A DNA stretch of 64,000 bases from Vulcanimicrobiota bacterium (GCA_963812135.1 CAWETU010000001.1:2048001-2112000), one strand, 5' to 3'. Counted from the stretch's first letter, positions 9,025-19,114 are shown. The notes: a model not told the origin generated them from the letters alone. Translations and numbers: made by a program.

Positions 9025-10331
9025 ATTTGGCTTAGGAGGCGGCGGGCGTCGTCCGCGTACAGGGGATGGAACTGCGGATTAAGCTCGAGCGCGCGCGAGA
9101 GGCGGCGCTTTGCTTCCGCGCTGTCGCCGTTGCGCAGCGCGATGACGCCCGCATGGTACTGCAGGCGGGCATCTTGCGTGTCTAACGCGATGGCCCGGCG
9201 GGCATGAAGCTGTGCTTCGCGCCATTGCCCGGCCTGCGCAAGCGCCCAGGCTAGCGTGTCCTCGGCGAAGACGTCGTCGCGTACGATCACATCGCGGCGC
9301 GCGATCGCGATCGCGTCGGCGGTGCGGATGCCGTGCTCAGAATAGTAGACGGCGAGCGCCCGATCGTTGACGCGCTGCGCGTTGCCGATGCGCTCGATCG
9401 CGAGAATCGTGTCCTGCGTGACCTTTGCGCCTTGCAGATCGCCGAGCGCCCGCTGGGCATCGGCCTTGTAGCCGAGCGTCTCGGGCAACGGCAGGATGTC
9501 GGCAGCACGCGTGGCTGCGTCGAGCGCCTCGCGCCAGCGCTTTTGCCCGAGGTACATGCGCGCGAGCGCGTTGTACGCGCGCGGATACGCAGGGAAGATG
9601 GCCAACGCTTCGTTGAAACGCCGCTCTGCGGTGGAGACATCGCCGACCGCCCAAGCGAGCTCGCCGTCGCGGAAGTGGTACCAGGCGCGCGCCTCTGCAG
9701 GCGAGTCGATGATCGAGTCGACCGAGGCCATGGAGCGTTGGGTCAGACGGCGCGCCTCTGAGATATCGCCGCTCAATTCATCGTAGCGGGCCTGGGCGGT
9801 GTAGAGCGCGACATCGACCTCAGGGCCAGGGTGGGCCGAGCGAAGCAATCGCTCCGCGTCGTCGTAGCGCCCGAGTTCCGTGTCGATGCTCGCAACCTGT
9901 GCGATGGCGCCCGAGTTCCACGGCTCGATGGCGTGCGCGTCGAGCGCATAGGTCAGCGCGCTCTTGAAGCGATGCAGCGAGAGCAGCGCCGACGCGAGCG
10001 TCATGTCCGCGGTGACGTTGTTGCGCGGTTGATACACGAGCGAGCGGCGCGCGACGTTTTCCGCGCGTAGCAGATCGCCGATGTCGCCTGTTTCGCGAAA
10101 GCGCATGAGATATTGCGTTGCGAGCATGCGCGTGATCAGCTGGTCAGGATTCTTCTTGACGTCGCGTTCGAACACCGCGACGATCGCGTCGCGATGCAGA
10201 TAGTCGGCCATCACCGGCGCGGGTGACGGCGCTGCCGCCATCGCGCGGTTCTGGCTGAGGATGAACGCCGGCCACGCAGCGATGGCCACGAAGGCCACCG
10301 CTGCAAGGACGACGAGTGTTCGGACGTTCAC
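9021..10331 (-). CDS. Tetratricopeptide repeat protein (exported/membrane-anchored)
   Basis: Repeated A..Y/F..AL...P TPR motifs, DTLAWAL, YHAGVI; GTG start overlaps upstream stop by 1 nt. Confidence 0.8.
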   Translation of the reverse strand: MNVRTLVVLAAVAFVAIAAWPAFILSQNRAMAAAPSPAPVMADYLHRDAIVAVFERDVKKNPDQLITRMLATQYLMRFRETGDIGDLLRAENVARRSLVYQPRNNVTADMTLASALLSLHRFKSALTYALDAHAIEPWNSGAIAQVASIDTELGRYDDAERLLRSAHPGPEVDVALYTAQARYDELSGDISEARRLTQRSMASVDSIIDSPAEARAWYHFRDGELAWAVGDVSTAERRFNEALAIFPAYPRAYNALARMYLGQKRWREALDAATRAADILPLPETLGYKADAQRALGDLQGAKVTQDTILAIERIGNAQRVNDRALAVYYSEHGIRTADAIAIARRDVIVRDDVFAEDTLAWALAQAGQWREAQLHARRAIALDTQDARLQYHAGVIALRNGDSAEAKRRLSRALELNPQFHPLYADDARRLLSQM

Positions 10332-12409
10332 TAGTTCGGGATGCCCACGTACGGGAACGAACCGAGATAGTGATGCCCATCGGGTCCAACGTTGTCGGTC
10401 GTCAAGCACTTGGATTCTTTCCCGTCGTCGGGGGTCAGCTTGAGCGCCGGCAACGTGCCGCCGAAGATCGCGCCGAGCGAGATGTCGATGACATCGTCAT
10501 TCAGTCCGCGGCCCCCGAACGTGCTGCCTGTCGCGCCACCGGTCTCGGTGCCGAGATAAGCGGCTTTGACGCCCATCTTCGAAAGGTCCACGAGGATCTC
10601 GTCGGGGATGAGCACGGCTTTGAGTGTGTTGGCAATCGCGTCCGACCGGCCGGCGACGGTCTTCGTGAAGCTCACGATGTCGTCAGGCAGATACGGATCG
10701 CTCGTCGGAGTGCTGCGGTTGGTCTTGTCGTGGCGTTCGAATGACTCGAACGCCTCTTTGACCGCGGGCCGGCCCAGGCGCTCGATCTGCGTGTAGGTGC
10801 CGCCGTACGGTGAGGCGGAGTTGCTGATCGATGTCGAAGCCCACACGTTGATCTTGCCGGGCGTGCCGCCGGCCGAAGCCAGCGCCGTGCGCGGCAACTC
10901 GATCACGAGCGACAGCACATTGAACTTGTTGGCTGACAAGAAGTCCTGCGATGGCGTCGTGTCGCAGCTGCTGCCCGCTGCAAATCCGCGGAAACCGGTA
11001 GCCGTCGCCGCCGGCACTGTCTTCCCATTGAGGTGGTAGCCGAAGTTGCGGTCTGGGATGATCGCGAAGAAGCGCGCGAGGTCGAAGAAGAACGGATCCT
11101 CACGCGGGCCTGCGAAGACGGTGACGCCGCCTTTGAGCTTCGAGACCGTGTTGTACTTGAACGTGCCCGATGAGCCGATCCACGTGTTCTCTGTGCCGAC
11201 CTGATTCGGTTTGCCCGGGCCGTGGAGCGTGATCATCTGCGAACCGTCCTTCGGCTCGCTCGCCGAGAACTGGATCACCAGATCCTCGACATGGTCGCCG
11301 GTGTTGTCGATGCGCAGCTGATACATCACGCCGGGGTCGAAGAACGTCGAGGGGCCTTGACCCGCAGGGATGAGCGGGTGCACGTCCATCGCGAGCACGA
11401 CGTTGTTCGTGTCGGCTGCGGGGAACACGTACACGTCGGTGATGTCCGCGCCGGGTCGCGCGAGCACTGCCGGCGAGTCGGCGTGGTCCGAGCTGACGCC
11501 CGGGCGTGCGCCGTAGAGCGAGAACGCCGTGCCGAGTCCGGCAAGCACGGCGACGGCGGCGACGATGCCGATGGCTTTCCGATTCATCTTGAAACCTCCA
11601 GTAGAGCCGGCGCCTTCGGGATCTCGGGCCGACCAGGTGAACGTCCATGCGAAGACGAGTAGGAGCGCGCCGACGAGGACCGCGCTCACCGCGAGGTCCG
11701 GCACCGGCGATTCCCATCCCAGCGCCTGCGCCATTTCGTAGCTTGCTACGAACAGCGCGAGCGCCGTGACGGCAATGATCCACACGCGGGTCGCGCGCAC
11801 GAGTTCGAGCGGCTGGCGCGTGCACAGTTTGTAGACCAGCAGGCTGTCGAGCGTGTCGGTGACGGCCATGCCGAACGAGAATAGCGCGCCGATCAGCAGG
11901 CCAAGCAGGATGCCGCCGCCCGCGGTCAGCGCGAGCGCGTACGTCGCGACTTGACTCGACGTGTCAAAACCAAGGCCGAAGAGGAGTCCGATCGGGATCG
12001 CGGCCAGCGGACTGGTGGCGGCGCGCAACGATTTGGGGAGCAGCGCGTTCTTCAGACCGGCGATCGGGCCGGTGCGGTGCAGGATCAGCTGGCGGATGTT
12101 CAAGCCGGCGATCGCGAGCAGCGTCACGATGCTCACCCACGTGCCGATCGTCTCGAGCAGCGCGCCATGGAGCGCGAGCCGGCTGCCGAACAGGCCCGCG
12201 AGCGCCGCGATCGAGAGCACCATCACGGAGTGGCCGCCGGCGAACAGGGTTCCCACGAATCTGCTGAGCCGTTCTTTGGCGCCGAGGCTGTTGCGCGTCA
12301 GGTTATCGATGGCGGCGAGATGGTCGGGATCGGCGCCGTGGCGCAGGCCCAGCACGAAAACCGTGAACGCGATGACCCCGATCGACAACGGCGCTGCGTG
12401 GGGGATCAT
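10331..12409 (-). CDS. NiCoT (HoxN/HupN/NixA) Ni/Co permease fused in frame to a DUF4331 protein
   Basis: RHGADPDHLAAID, GHS, LGFDTSSQ NiCoT motifs; then SSDHADSP, DITDVYVF, FAGPREDPFFFDL, QIERLGRP, DDVID, FPY (DUF4331). Internal GGAGG-N7-ATG at 11587. Confidence 0.8.
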   Translation of the reverse strand: MIPHAAPLSIGVIAFTVFVLGLRHGADPDHLAAIDNLTRNSLGAKERLSRFVGTLFAGGHSVMVLSIAALAGLFGSRLALHGALLETIGTWVSIVTLLAIAGLNIRQLILHRTGPIAGLKNALLPKSLRAATSPLAAIPIGLLFGLGFDTSSQVATYALALTAGGGILLGLLIGALFSFGMAVTDTLDSLLVYKLCTRQPLELVRATRVWIIAVTALALFVASYEMAQALGWESPVPDLAVSAVLVGALLLVFAWTFTWSARDPEGAGSTGGFKMNRKAIGIVAAVAVLAGLGTAFSLYGARPGVSSDHADSPAVLARPGADITDVYVFPAADTNNVVLAMDVHPLIPAGQGPSTFFDPGVMYQLRIDNTGDHVEDLVIQFSASEPKDGSQMITLHGPGKPNQVGTENTWIGSSGTFKYNTVSKLKGGVTVFAGPREDPFFFDLARFFAIIPDRNFGYHLNGKTVPAATATGFRGFAAGSSCDTTPSQDFLSANKFNVLSLVIELPRTALASAGGTPGKINVWASTSISNSASPYGGTYTQIERLGRPAVKEAFESFERHDKTNRSTPTSDPYLPDDIVSFTKTVAGRSDAIANTLKAVLIPDEILVDLSKMGVKAAYLGTETGGATGSTFGGRGLNDDVIDISLGAIFGGTLPALKLTPDDGKESKCLTTDNVGPDGHHYLGSFPYVGIPN

Positions 12410-13977
12410 GAGGCGTTTCCTTCGGTCGAATAAATTCGACCGCTACTGATGTCGTGGGTGTGGTCGTGCGAGTGAACATGGCCCGGCGAGAACGCAAACC
12501 CGGCGATCGCCGCGATCACCAGCGTGGTGACGATGATCGCGGGCGCGTGGAGCGTCGACGCGGCGGCGCCCTGGCCGAGCATCAACGCGCCGATCGCCGC
12601 GATCACCGTCGCCGAGACGAGCGGGCCGTATCGGACGAAGCGATCGAGGCTGGGCCGGCCGGACAACCACGACGCGCCATGAACGAGCGCGATGCCAAGG
12701 CCCGTGAGCACGCCCGCAAGGCCGACGCTGAACGCGATGATGACCAGCAGGCCGTACGCGAGCTGATGGAGCGTGAGCGCGGCGAGCAACACGACCAGCG
12801 CCGCCGGACAGGGCGCGATGTTGCCGCTCATCGCGACCAGCACGACGCTGCCGAACGAGAGCGGTGCGTTGCCGGCCGGCACGTGGTCGTGGCCGTGCGG
12901 GTGGTCGTGGTCGGTCGAATGGATTTGACCGCTACTTTCGCCGTGAGCGTGCGCGTGGGCGTGTGCGCCGCCGCGGCGTATCTTAATGAAGCGCGACAGC
13001 GCGTTTGCGCCAAGGACGGCCACCATCGCGCCCGACGCCAGCGTGATCCATGGGTAGACGTTCTCGGGAACGATCCATTGGGCGGCGGCGAGCATGAGCA
13101 GGCCGAGCGCGAGCACCCCGGCGGTGTGTGCGAACGTCAAGCCGACCGCCAAGATGAGCGCCTGCTTCGAGGTCGCGCGCGCGCCGACCAGCGACACCGC
13201 GAGCAGCGTCTTGCCGTGACCGGGTTCGAGGGCGTGCAGCGCACCGAGCCCGACGGCCATGATCATCGTGAGCAACACGAGCCATGGACTGGACGCGCCT
13301 TTCGCGAGCATGTCGGAGAGCGCGTTGGAACGGAATTGGGGAGCAGCCGGTGCCATTGTCGCCGGGCGCTCGCTGGTGGTCACGCTGGCCAACACTGAGC
13401 CGCTCGATGCGAGCGTGAGCTGCACGCCGCTCACCTCGCGCGGCGAGCCGAGCAGCGCGCTCGGGTAGGCGCGCAGTTCTTGCGTCGGCTCGCGTTGCGG
13501 ATAGACGACGACGTCTTTCCAACCGATGCGCCCCGGATATGCGAGATCGAGCACGGTGAGATGACGCTGGGCTGCCGCGGCCGAGCGCGGCAACGCCGCA
13601 TGGAACTCGTCGACCCAATACAGCGTCGGCAGTCCGCCGGCGCCAGGGCGAGTCGAGGCGTGCGGTTGACCGGCTTGGAGCTGGAGCGCGCTTCCGTCGA
13701 GCGTGACGGAGAGGCTTGGTTGGATGACCGCTACTTCATCGGACGCCCAGCGGTCGAGCAGCGCTTGCGGGTCGGGACCGTCGATACCGCGCGCGTGCAT
13801 GATCTGGAACGTGGGGATCTCGGCGATGTCGAGGACATATCGAATGGTGAGGTCGGTCGCGCCGACGCGGACTTTCGTGAGATGGTTGATCGTGAAATTG
13901 CCGAGCGGGTGCGCGTCCGCCGGCACTGCGGATGCCAGGACGAATAGAAACGCGACCAACGCCAGAACTCGACGCAC
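12406..13977 (-). CDS. RcnA-like His-rich Ni/Co transporter with an N-terminal extracytoplasmic domain
   Basis: Signal peptide, HPLGNFTINH, HALEPGHGK, His-rich loop, PCPAAL. Confidence 0.82.
   Translation of the reverse strand: MRRVLALVAFLFVLASAVPADAHPLGNFTINHLTKVRVGATDLTIRYVLDIAEIPTFQIMHARGIDGPDPQALLDRWASDEVAVIQPSLSVTLDGSALQLQAGQPHASTRPGAGGLPTLYWVDEFHAALPRSAAAAQRHLTVLDLAYPGRIGWKDVVVYPQREPTQELRAYPSALLGSPREVSGVQLTLASSGSVLASVTTSERPATMAPAAPQFRSNALSDMLAKGASSPWLVLLTMIMAVGLGALHALEPGHGKTLLAVSLVGARATSKQALILAVGLTFAHTAGVLALGLLMLAAAQWIVPENVYPWITLASGAMVAVLGANALSRFIKIRRGGAHAHAHAHGESSGQIHSTDHDHPHGHDHVPAGNAPLSFGSVVLVAMSGNIAPCPAALVVLLAALTLHQLAYGLLVIIAFSVGLAGVLTGLGIALVHGASWLSGRPSLDRFVRYGPLVSATVIAAIGALMLGQGAAASTLHAPAIIVTTLVIAAIAGFAFSPGHVHSHDHTHDISSGRIYSTEGNAS
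12423..12446 (-). repeat. REP-like palindrome, family A, inside coding sequence
   Basis: Consensus copy translated as (S)SGRIYST at the RcnA-like C-terminus. Confidence 0.8.
12912..12935 (-). repeat. Degenerate REP-like palindrome, family A, inside coding sequence
   Basis: CGGTCGAATGGATTTGACCG-CTAC translated as (S)SGQIHST within the His-rich loop. Confidence 0.7.
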
Positions 13978-14043
13978 TCCACCGGCCTCCTTCGGCTGGC
14001 CTTTTGCATTCGAGTCTGTAACGGCCTGGCGCCGCGAACGGAT

Positions 14044-15927
14044 TTACTTGAGCGTGTGAGGCTTGTCTATGTAGTCCTGATAGATCAGGCCTTGGGCGAT
14101 CTCCATCGATTCGGTGAGCAGGCCACGCGCGAGCGCCATGTCCTCACACGTCTCGCCCGTCGCCTGCGCCTGCGAGACGATCGCATCGACCGGCTGTTTG
14201 GTCTCGAACGACAGCCAGGCTGCGCAGCTGATCTCCCCGGGCGGGAGGCCGCTGCTCACGGCGGCTGCGTATTCGGGCGTGGCGACGCCGTTGAACCGGT
14301 ACGCCATGGCATGACGGAAGTCGTTATAGCGCTGGGGCGAAGAGGTCAGGTCGAGCATGGTGATGTGCGCCGAAAGCCACCGGCTTTGCGCGGTGTAGAC
14401 CTCGTCATCGGCCTGGAGCGCAAGCGCCTTGACCTGATCCCAGCTCGTCTGGGCCGCGTCTAAGGCGGCTTTGACTTTCGGCATATCGGCTTCTTTGATG
14501 TCGCCCGACGTCGTGTCGATCGTGTCGAGCACGAGGAAGTAATCCTTGAGCAGCTTGACGCTGTCGCCCGCCGCGCTGACCGATCCGCGCGCGTGGTCGA
14601 TGGCGCGCACCAGCTCGTCCGACGACGTCGTGAGCTGCGCGGCGATCGCGGGATAGTACCCGATCACCGGCTGTGCTGCCGGCGCGGTCGAGCTCAGCTG
14701 CGCAGCCATCTCGTGCAGCATCGAACGATTGTCCGCGAACAGGCCAGGAGCCGAGGACATCACGTCAGCGCTCAGGTCGAGCGAACCGTTGACATCGACG
14801 ACCATGCGGTCCAATGCGGCGATCGCGGTCGCGAGATTGTTGGTCGGCGTCTTGGGGTGGCCGAGGTTCGGCACGCCGCCGGAGAGGGAGTTGAGCTGCG
14901 TGTAGAGCGCCTCGGCGTCGCGATTGCCCCACTTCTCCTGCTCCGCCGCCGCAAGCGCGTCGTCGTGCGTGATGTTGAGCGCCTGTTGGATCAGCGAGGC
15001 GGTCGATGCCCGCCCAGCCGGATCGAGCGCAAACGCGAACTGCATCTGGCCCGCGGGCACGACATCTTTGAGCGCGACCTCAACGGCGGCAAGATGCTGG
15101 GCGGCCTGCGGCTCGTTGGGCTGGACGCGCAGCGCTTGCTGGAAGCGGACTTGCGCGTACGAAAAACGTCCCTCGGTCTCGTCGTGGATCGCGTCGGCGG
15201 TGATCTGCGTGGCGCTGGGATTGTCCAGCTGCGGATAGCCCATGAGGTGCGAGATGCGATCGCTTGGGACCGGATGATCCTGGAACGCCTTGTCGGCCTT
15301 GCTCTCGGGCATTGTTTCGGAGAGCTGGCGCAATTGGTCCATGAAGTCGACCATCGATTGCGGGTCGTAGCCCGCGCGCGACATCAGCTGCAACCCGTAT
15401 TGGTCCGCCTGCAACTCGTCTTGCCGAGAGAATTTGTTCATCGCGAGATCGCCGCCGTAGCCGCCGAGCAGCGACGTCAGCGGAGACAAGATCGAGAGGA
15501 TGCCGATCAGGATGCCGAGGATGTTGCCCTTCTCCTCCAACGTGACGACATGGCCGCGCTCGACGTGGCCCATCTCGTGCGCCATCACGCCGGCCAGCTC
15601 GTCATCCGACGAGACCGTGTTAAGCAGCCCCATGTCGACGTGGAGGAATCCGCCGGGCAGCGCGAACGCGTTGATCTCGTTCGAGTTGATGATCTTGAAC
15701 GAATACGTGATGTCTTGGCGCGCGCGGTACTTGGCGAGGTTGTCGCCGACGCCGTTCACCCAGGTCGTCAGGAATGGATCGTCGACGAGCAGGCTCTGCC
15801 GGTCGATCTGCTTGGAGATGTCGGCGCCTTTAGCGATCTCGGCTTGGGTGCTCATGGCGAGCACCGGCAATGGAGATGCGACGTTGCACAGGAACGCGGC
15901 GAGCACGATCGCGGAGACGAGGCGCAT
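14044..15927 (-). CDS. M48 (BepA/YfgC-like) zinc metalloprotease with a long helical C-terminal extension
   Basis: NAFALPGG, HEMGH, SRQDELQAD, HP...RI. Confidence 0.85.
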   Translation of the reverse strand: MRLVSAIVLAAFLCNVASPLPVLAMSTQAEIAKGADISKQIDRQSLLVDDPFLTTWVNGVGDNLAKYRARQDITYSFKIINSNEINAFALPGGFLHVDMGLLNTVSSDDELAGVMAHEMGHVERGHVVTLEEKGNILGILIGILSILSPLTSLLGGYGGDLAMNKFSRQDELQADQYGLQLMSRAGYDPQSMVDFMDQLRQLSETMPESKADKAFQDHPVPSDRISHLMGYPQLDNPSATQITADAIHDETEGRFSYAQVRFQQALRVQPNEPQAAQHLAAVEVALKDVVPAGQMQFAFALDPAGRASTASLIQQALNITHDDALAAAEQEKWGNRDAEALYTQLNSLSGGVPNLGHPKTPTNNLATAIAALDRMVVDVNGSLDLSADVMSSAPGLFADNRSMLHEMAAQLSSTAPAAQPVIGYYPAIAAQLTTSSDELVRAIDHARGSVSAAGDSVKLLKDYFLVLDTIDTTSGDIKEADMPKVKAALDAAQTSWDQVKALALQADDEVYTAQSRWLSAHITMLDLTSSPQRYNDFRHAMAYRFNGVATPEYAAAVSSGLPPGEISCAAWLSFETKQPVDAIVSQAQATGETCEDMALARGLLTESMEIAQGLIYQDYIDKPHTLK

Positions 15928-15929
15928 GC

Positions 15930-16445
15930 TTAGCCTTTGTAAATCGTCGCGATGTTATCCTTGAACGCGTCGGGCGTCATGAAGCCGCGGTAGACTTTGC
16001 GCACGATCCCGTCCTTGTCGATGAAAAAACTCGCCGGCAGCGAGCTGACTTCATACGTGTCCGCGAAGCTGCCTGGGTCGAGCGCCACCTGGTAGACGAT
16101 GCCGAATCTTTTCAGGAAGGGAAGCACGAGCTCGGCGTCCTCTTGCTCGTCGATCCCGAGGAAGACGACCTTTCCTTTATATTCAGGATAGCTCTTCACG
16201 AGGCCGGGCAGCTCTTGCTTGCACGGCGGGCACCACGTGGCGAACGCGTTGATGAAAACCGGCTGGCCGCGGAACTGGGCGAGCGTCACGGGTTTGCCGT
16301 CGACATCCTTGAGGGCGATCGGCGGGGCCGGCTCGCCGACGACCACGCCATGGGCAGGATGGTTCGTGCTGCCTTGCTTGGCGCTGCAGCCGGTCGCGAT
16401 GACGGCCAGGAGCGGTAGTAAAAGGAAGAAACGCGTTTTTGTCAT
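15930..16445 (-). CDS. TlpA/ResA family thiol-disulfide oxidoreductase (lipoprotein)
   Basis: Lipobox ATGC; FATWCPPCKQELP; LP.SFFIDKDG. Confidence 0.88.
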   Translation of the reverse strand: MTKTRFFLLLPLLAVIATGCSAKQGSTNHPAHGVVVGEPAPPIALKDVDGKPVTLAQFRGQPVFINAFATWCPPCKQELPGLVKSYPEYKGKVVFLGIDEQEDAELVLPFLKRFGIVYQVALDPGSFADTYEVSSLPASFFIDKDGIVRKVYRGFMTPDAFKDNIATIYKG

Positions 16446-16453
16446 GTCCTGTG

Positions 16454-18359
16454 CTATGCGCCTGCGGCGGTGAGGATGAGGTCGGTGCCCCACCCGAGCA
16501 TGAATCCTAAGAACACGCCGATCGTGGCGAATTCCTTATAGCCGATGCGGCCGCCGGCCTTCGTCATCTCCGTGATGACGTAGATGATGGCGCCCGCGGC
16601 CAGCGTGAGGAACAGCACCGACAGCGTCGGCGAGACGAAGTGGTAGCCGATGACCGTGCCGAGGAATGTGGGGCCGCCGCCGATGAGGCCCAAAATAACG
16701 ATCTCGCGCAGACCGATGCGGTGCTCCGCGCCCACGAGCGGCGCGGCGATGCCGAACCCTTCGGTCATGTTGTGCAATCCGAAACCGATGATGAGCAGCA
16801 CGGCGAGCTCGATCGCGCCGGTCGCGGCGGATTGGCCGATCGCCAGCCCTTCGCTGAAGTTGTGCAGGCCGATGCCGAGCGCGATGGTCGTCGCCAACGC
16901 CATCGGACTCAAGATGCCGCCTTCGGCCACCGCTTCACGCTGCTTTGCCAGCACGATCCGCGAGAAATACACGAGACCGATAAGACCGAGCCCGAATCCC
17001 GCGAGATAGACAAACGCGAGCCAGACGAATGGTCCGGCGCCGGCGCCTTGCTGCATTTTGCCGAGTGCTTCGACGATTGGTTCGCCGGCTTGGCGCAAGA
17101 TGTCGAACAAGAGGAAGAACAACACGCCGATCGCGACGGCGTTGAGAAACGCGATCCATCGTCTGGACACGCCGCGCATCGTCGCAAAGGGTAGGCCCAA
17201 GAAGATCGTCAGGCCGGCGATGGCGCCGAGGATCAGCGTCTCGGTTTGCGTCATCTTCGGGCCGCTCGCGCCGGAGCCGTTCTGGGGCGCTGCGGCCATC
17301 TGGTCTTCCATGGCCATCGAAGCGAATCGATCGGGCGCGCCTTCGTATTGGACCGCGGAGACCAGTCCCCCGGGACCGCGGTCGCCGTTCATCATGTGGT
17401 CGGCGACATGGCAATGGAACATCCACGTGCCCGGCTGCGCGTCGGCGATGAATTCGATGTCGCGCGTCTCACCCGGACCAAGCGTGACCGTGTCCATCAT
17501 CTGGCGCGCGTTAGCGGCGACCGGTTGACCGTCGAATGCGACGATCTGGAAATGGTGGCCATGCAGGTGCATCGTGTGGAATTCGGTGCCGCTGATGTCG
17601 ATCTCGCGCACGCGGATGCGCTGGCCGCGCTTGACCGTCGAAGGGCTTGCCGAGCGGATAGCTCTTGCCGTTGATGCTGAAGTAATTCTCGGTCGAGCTG
17701 AAGACTTTCCACGACGAGATCAGCATGAGATAGTCGCGGTCAGGCTTGGGACCGGTTGCTGGAGTACGCGGCTCGACGACTACGGCGCCATACAGGCCGC
17801 GGTCGAGTTGATTCAGATCGTCGACGTGCGTGTGATAGATGTACGTGCCGGGCTGCTGCACGACGAACTGATAGATGAAGCTTTGCCCTGGCGGCACCGG
17901 CGCTTGGCTGAATCCCGGCGAGCCGTCCATCGCAGCGGGTACATTCATGCCGTGCCAGTGGATGGTCGTCGGCGCCGGCAGATGGTTGGTGAGGATGACG
18001 CGTAGCGTGTCGCCTTGGCGAACGTGGATGGTCGGACCCGGCACGGTGCCGTTGAACGTCCACGCTTCGACGGTGACGTTTGGCGCCGGCGTCCACGGCT
18101 TGACTTCGGCGATGAGATGAATCGTTTTTGTCGAGCCGGTGGTCAGCGGCGGGAGCAACGGCAGCAGCGAGTAGTCGCGCTGCGCGTCGGCCTCGGCTTG
18201 CGCGACGATCGACTGCGAAACGTCGGCGGCGAGCGGGCCCGCCGGGGCGCTGCTGAACGCATCGTCCGCTCTCGCCTGTTGCGTCGCGGGCGTCAGGCAT
18301 GCGGCACTGAAGGCGATGGCGATGCCGGCGAGCGCGAACCGCCGCGCGAAGTCGTGCAT
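16454..18359 (-). CDS. Two-domain multicopper oxidase fused to a ZIP-family metal transporter (+1 frameshift near 17639)
   Basis: HWHG and YHTH (domain 1); HTMHLHGH and HCHVADH (domain 2), continuous in one ORF with ZIP motifs LHNFSEG and LHNMTEG; removing one base restores GKPFTVKRGQRIRVR. Confidence 0.82.
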
Positions 18360-18366
18360 GGGTCCG

Positions 18367-19113
18367 CTATTTGCCTTTCGCCGGTTTTTGGTGCGGATGT
18401 TTGACGGTGATCGCGCCGGCGAGCTGCGTGCTCACCGAGTGCGTCTTGCCGTTGACTTTGAGGGTGAGCAGGCCGACGGCGCGCTCGAACTTTTCGACCA
18501 TGACGGTGGTGCCTGGGCGCAGGCCGAGTTGCGCGAGGTACTTCAAGAGCTCGGGCATGTCGTGCTTGACTTCGAGCACCTTGGCGCTCACGCCGAGCGG
18601 CAGCTCGACCAGACCGATCGCGTCCTCGTGGTCCCAGAGCGAGCCGTCTTCACGCGGGATCGCGTGGCCGTGCGGGCACGTCGTCGGCTCGCCCGTAAAA
18701 CGGTAGAGATGTTGTTCGACCAGCGGCGAGATCGCGTGCTCGAGTCTGCACGCCTCTGCGTAGGCGAACTCCCATGGGATTTGGAGATGATCGACCAGCA
18801 ATCGTTCGGCGAGCCGCTGACGTCGCAGCGTGAGCGCGCCGATGCGCGCGCCGGACGACGTGGGCATCACGCCGTGGCGTCCTTCGTGTTTGACGTAGCC
18901 GTCGGCATCGAGTTTCTTAAGCATCGCCGACGCGGATGCGGCTGAGACGGAGAGCTCGGCGGCGATCGCCGACGTGGAGACGGGGTCGCTATCGCGTTGC
19001 AAGCGCACGATCGTCTTCAGATACATCTCGACGTTCGGGCTGACCTCAGGCTCTGAGGTCGGCTCGACGAGCGGAGTGCGCAAGGCGGAGTTGACGCTGC
19101 GTTGTGTGGCCAT
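18367..19113 (-). CDS. DtxR/IdeR-family metal-dependent repressor with FeoA domain
   Basis: EMYLK, HTH, RLAERLL, EACRLEH, CPHGHAIP, LGLRPG; start uncertain. Confidence 0.9.
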   Translation of the reverse strand: MATQRSVNSALRTPLVEPTSEPEVSPNVEMYLKTIVRLQRDSDPVSTSAIAAELSVSAASASAMLKKLDADGYVKHEGRHGVMPTSSGARIGALTLRRQRLAERLLVDHLQIPWEFAYAEACRLEHAISPLVEQHLYRFTGEPTTCPHGHAIPREDGSLWDHEDAIGLVELPLGVSAKVLEVKHDMPELLKYLAQLGLRPGTTVMVEKFERAVGLLTLKVNGKTHSVSTQLAGAITVKHPHQKPAKGK

Positions 19114-19114
19114 G

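Noticed and set aside
11601..11630. Degenerate GTAG repeat in the NiCoT-DUF4331 linker
   Set aside because: GTAG is present but the stem is too poor to assign
17630..17645. Programmed ribosomal frameshift in MCO-ZIP
   Set aside because: No slippery sequence, and similar +1 shifts occur in unrelated genes
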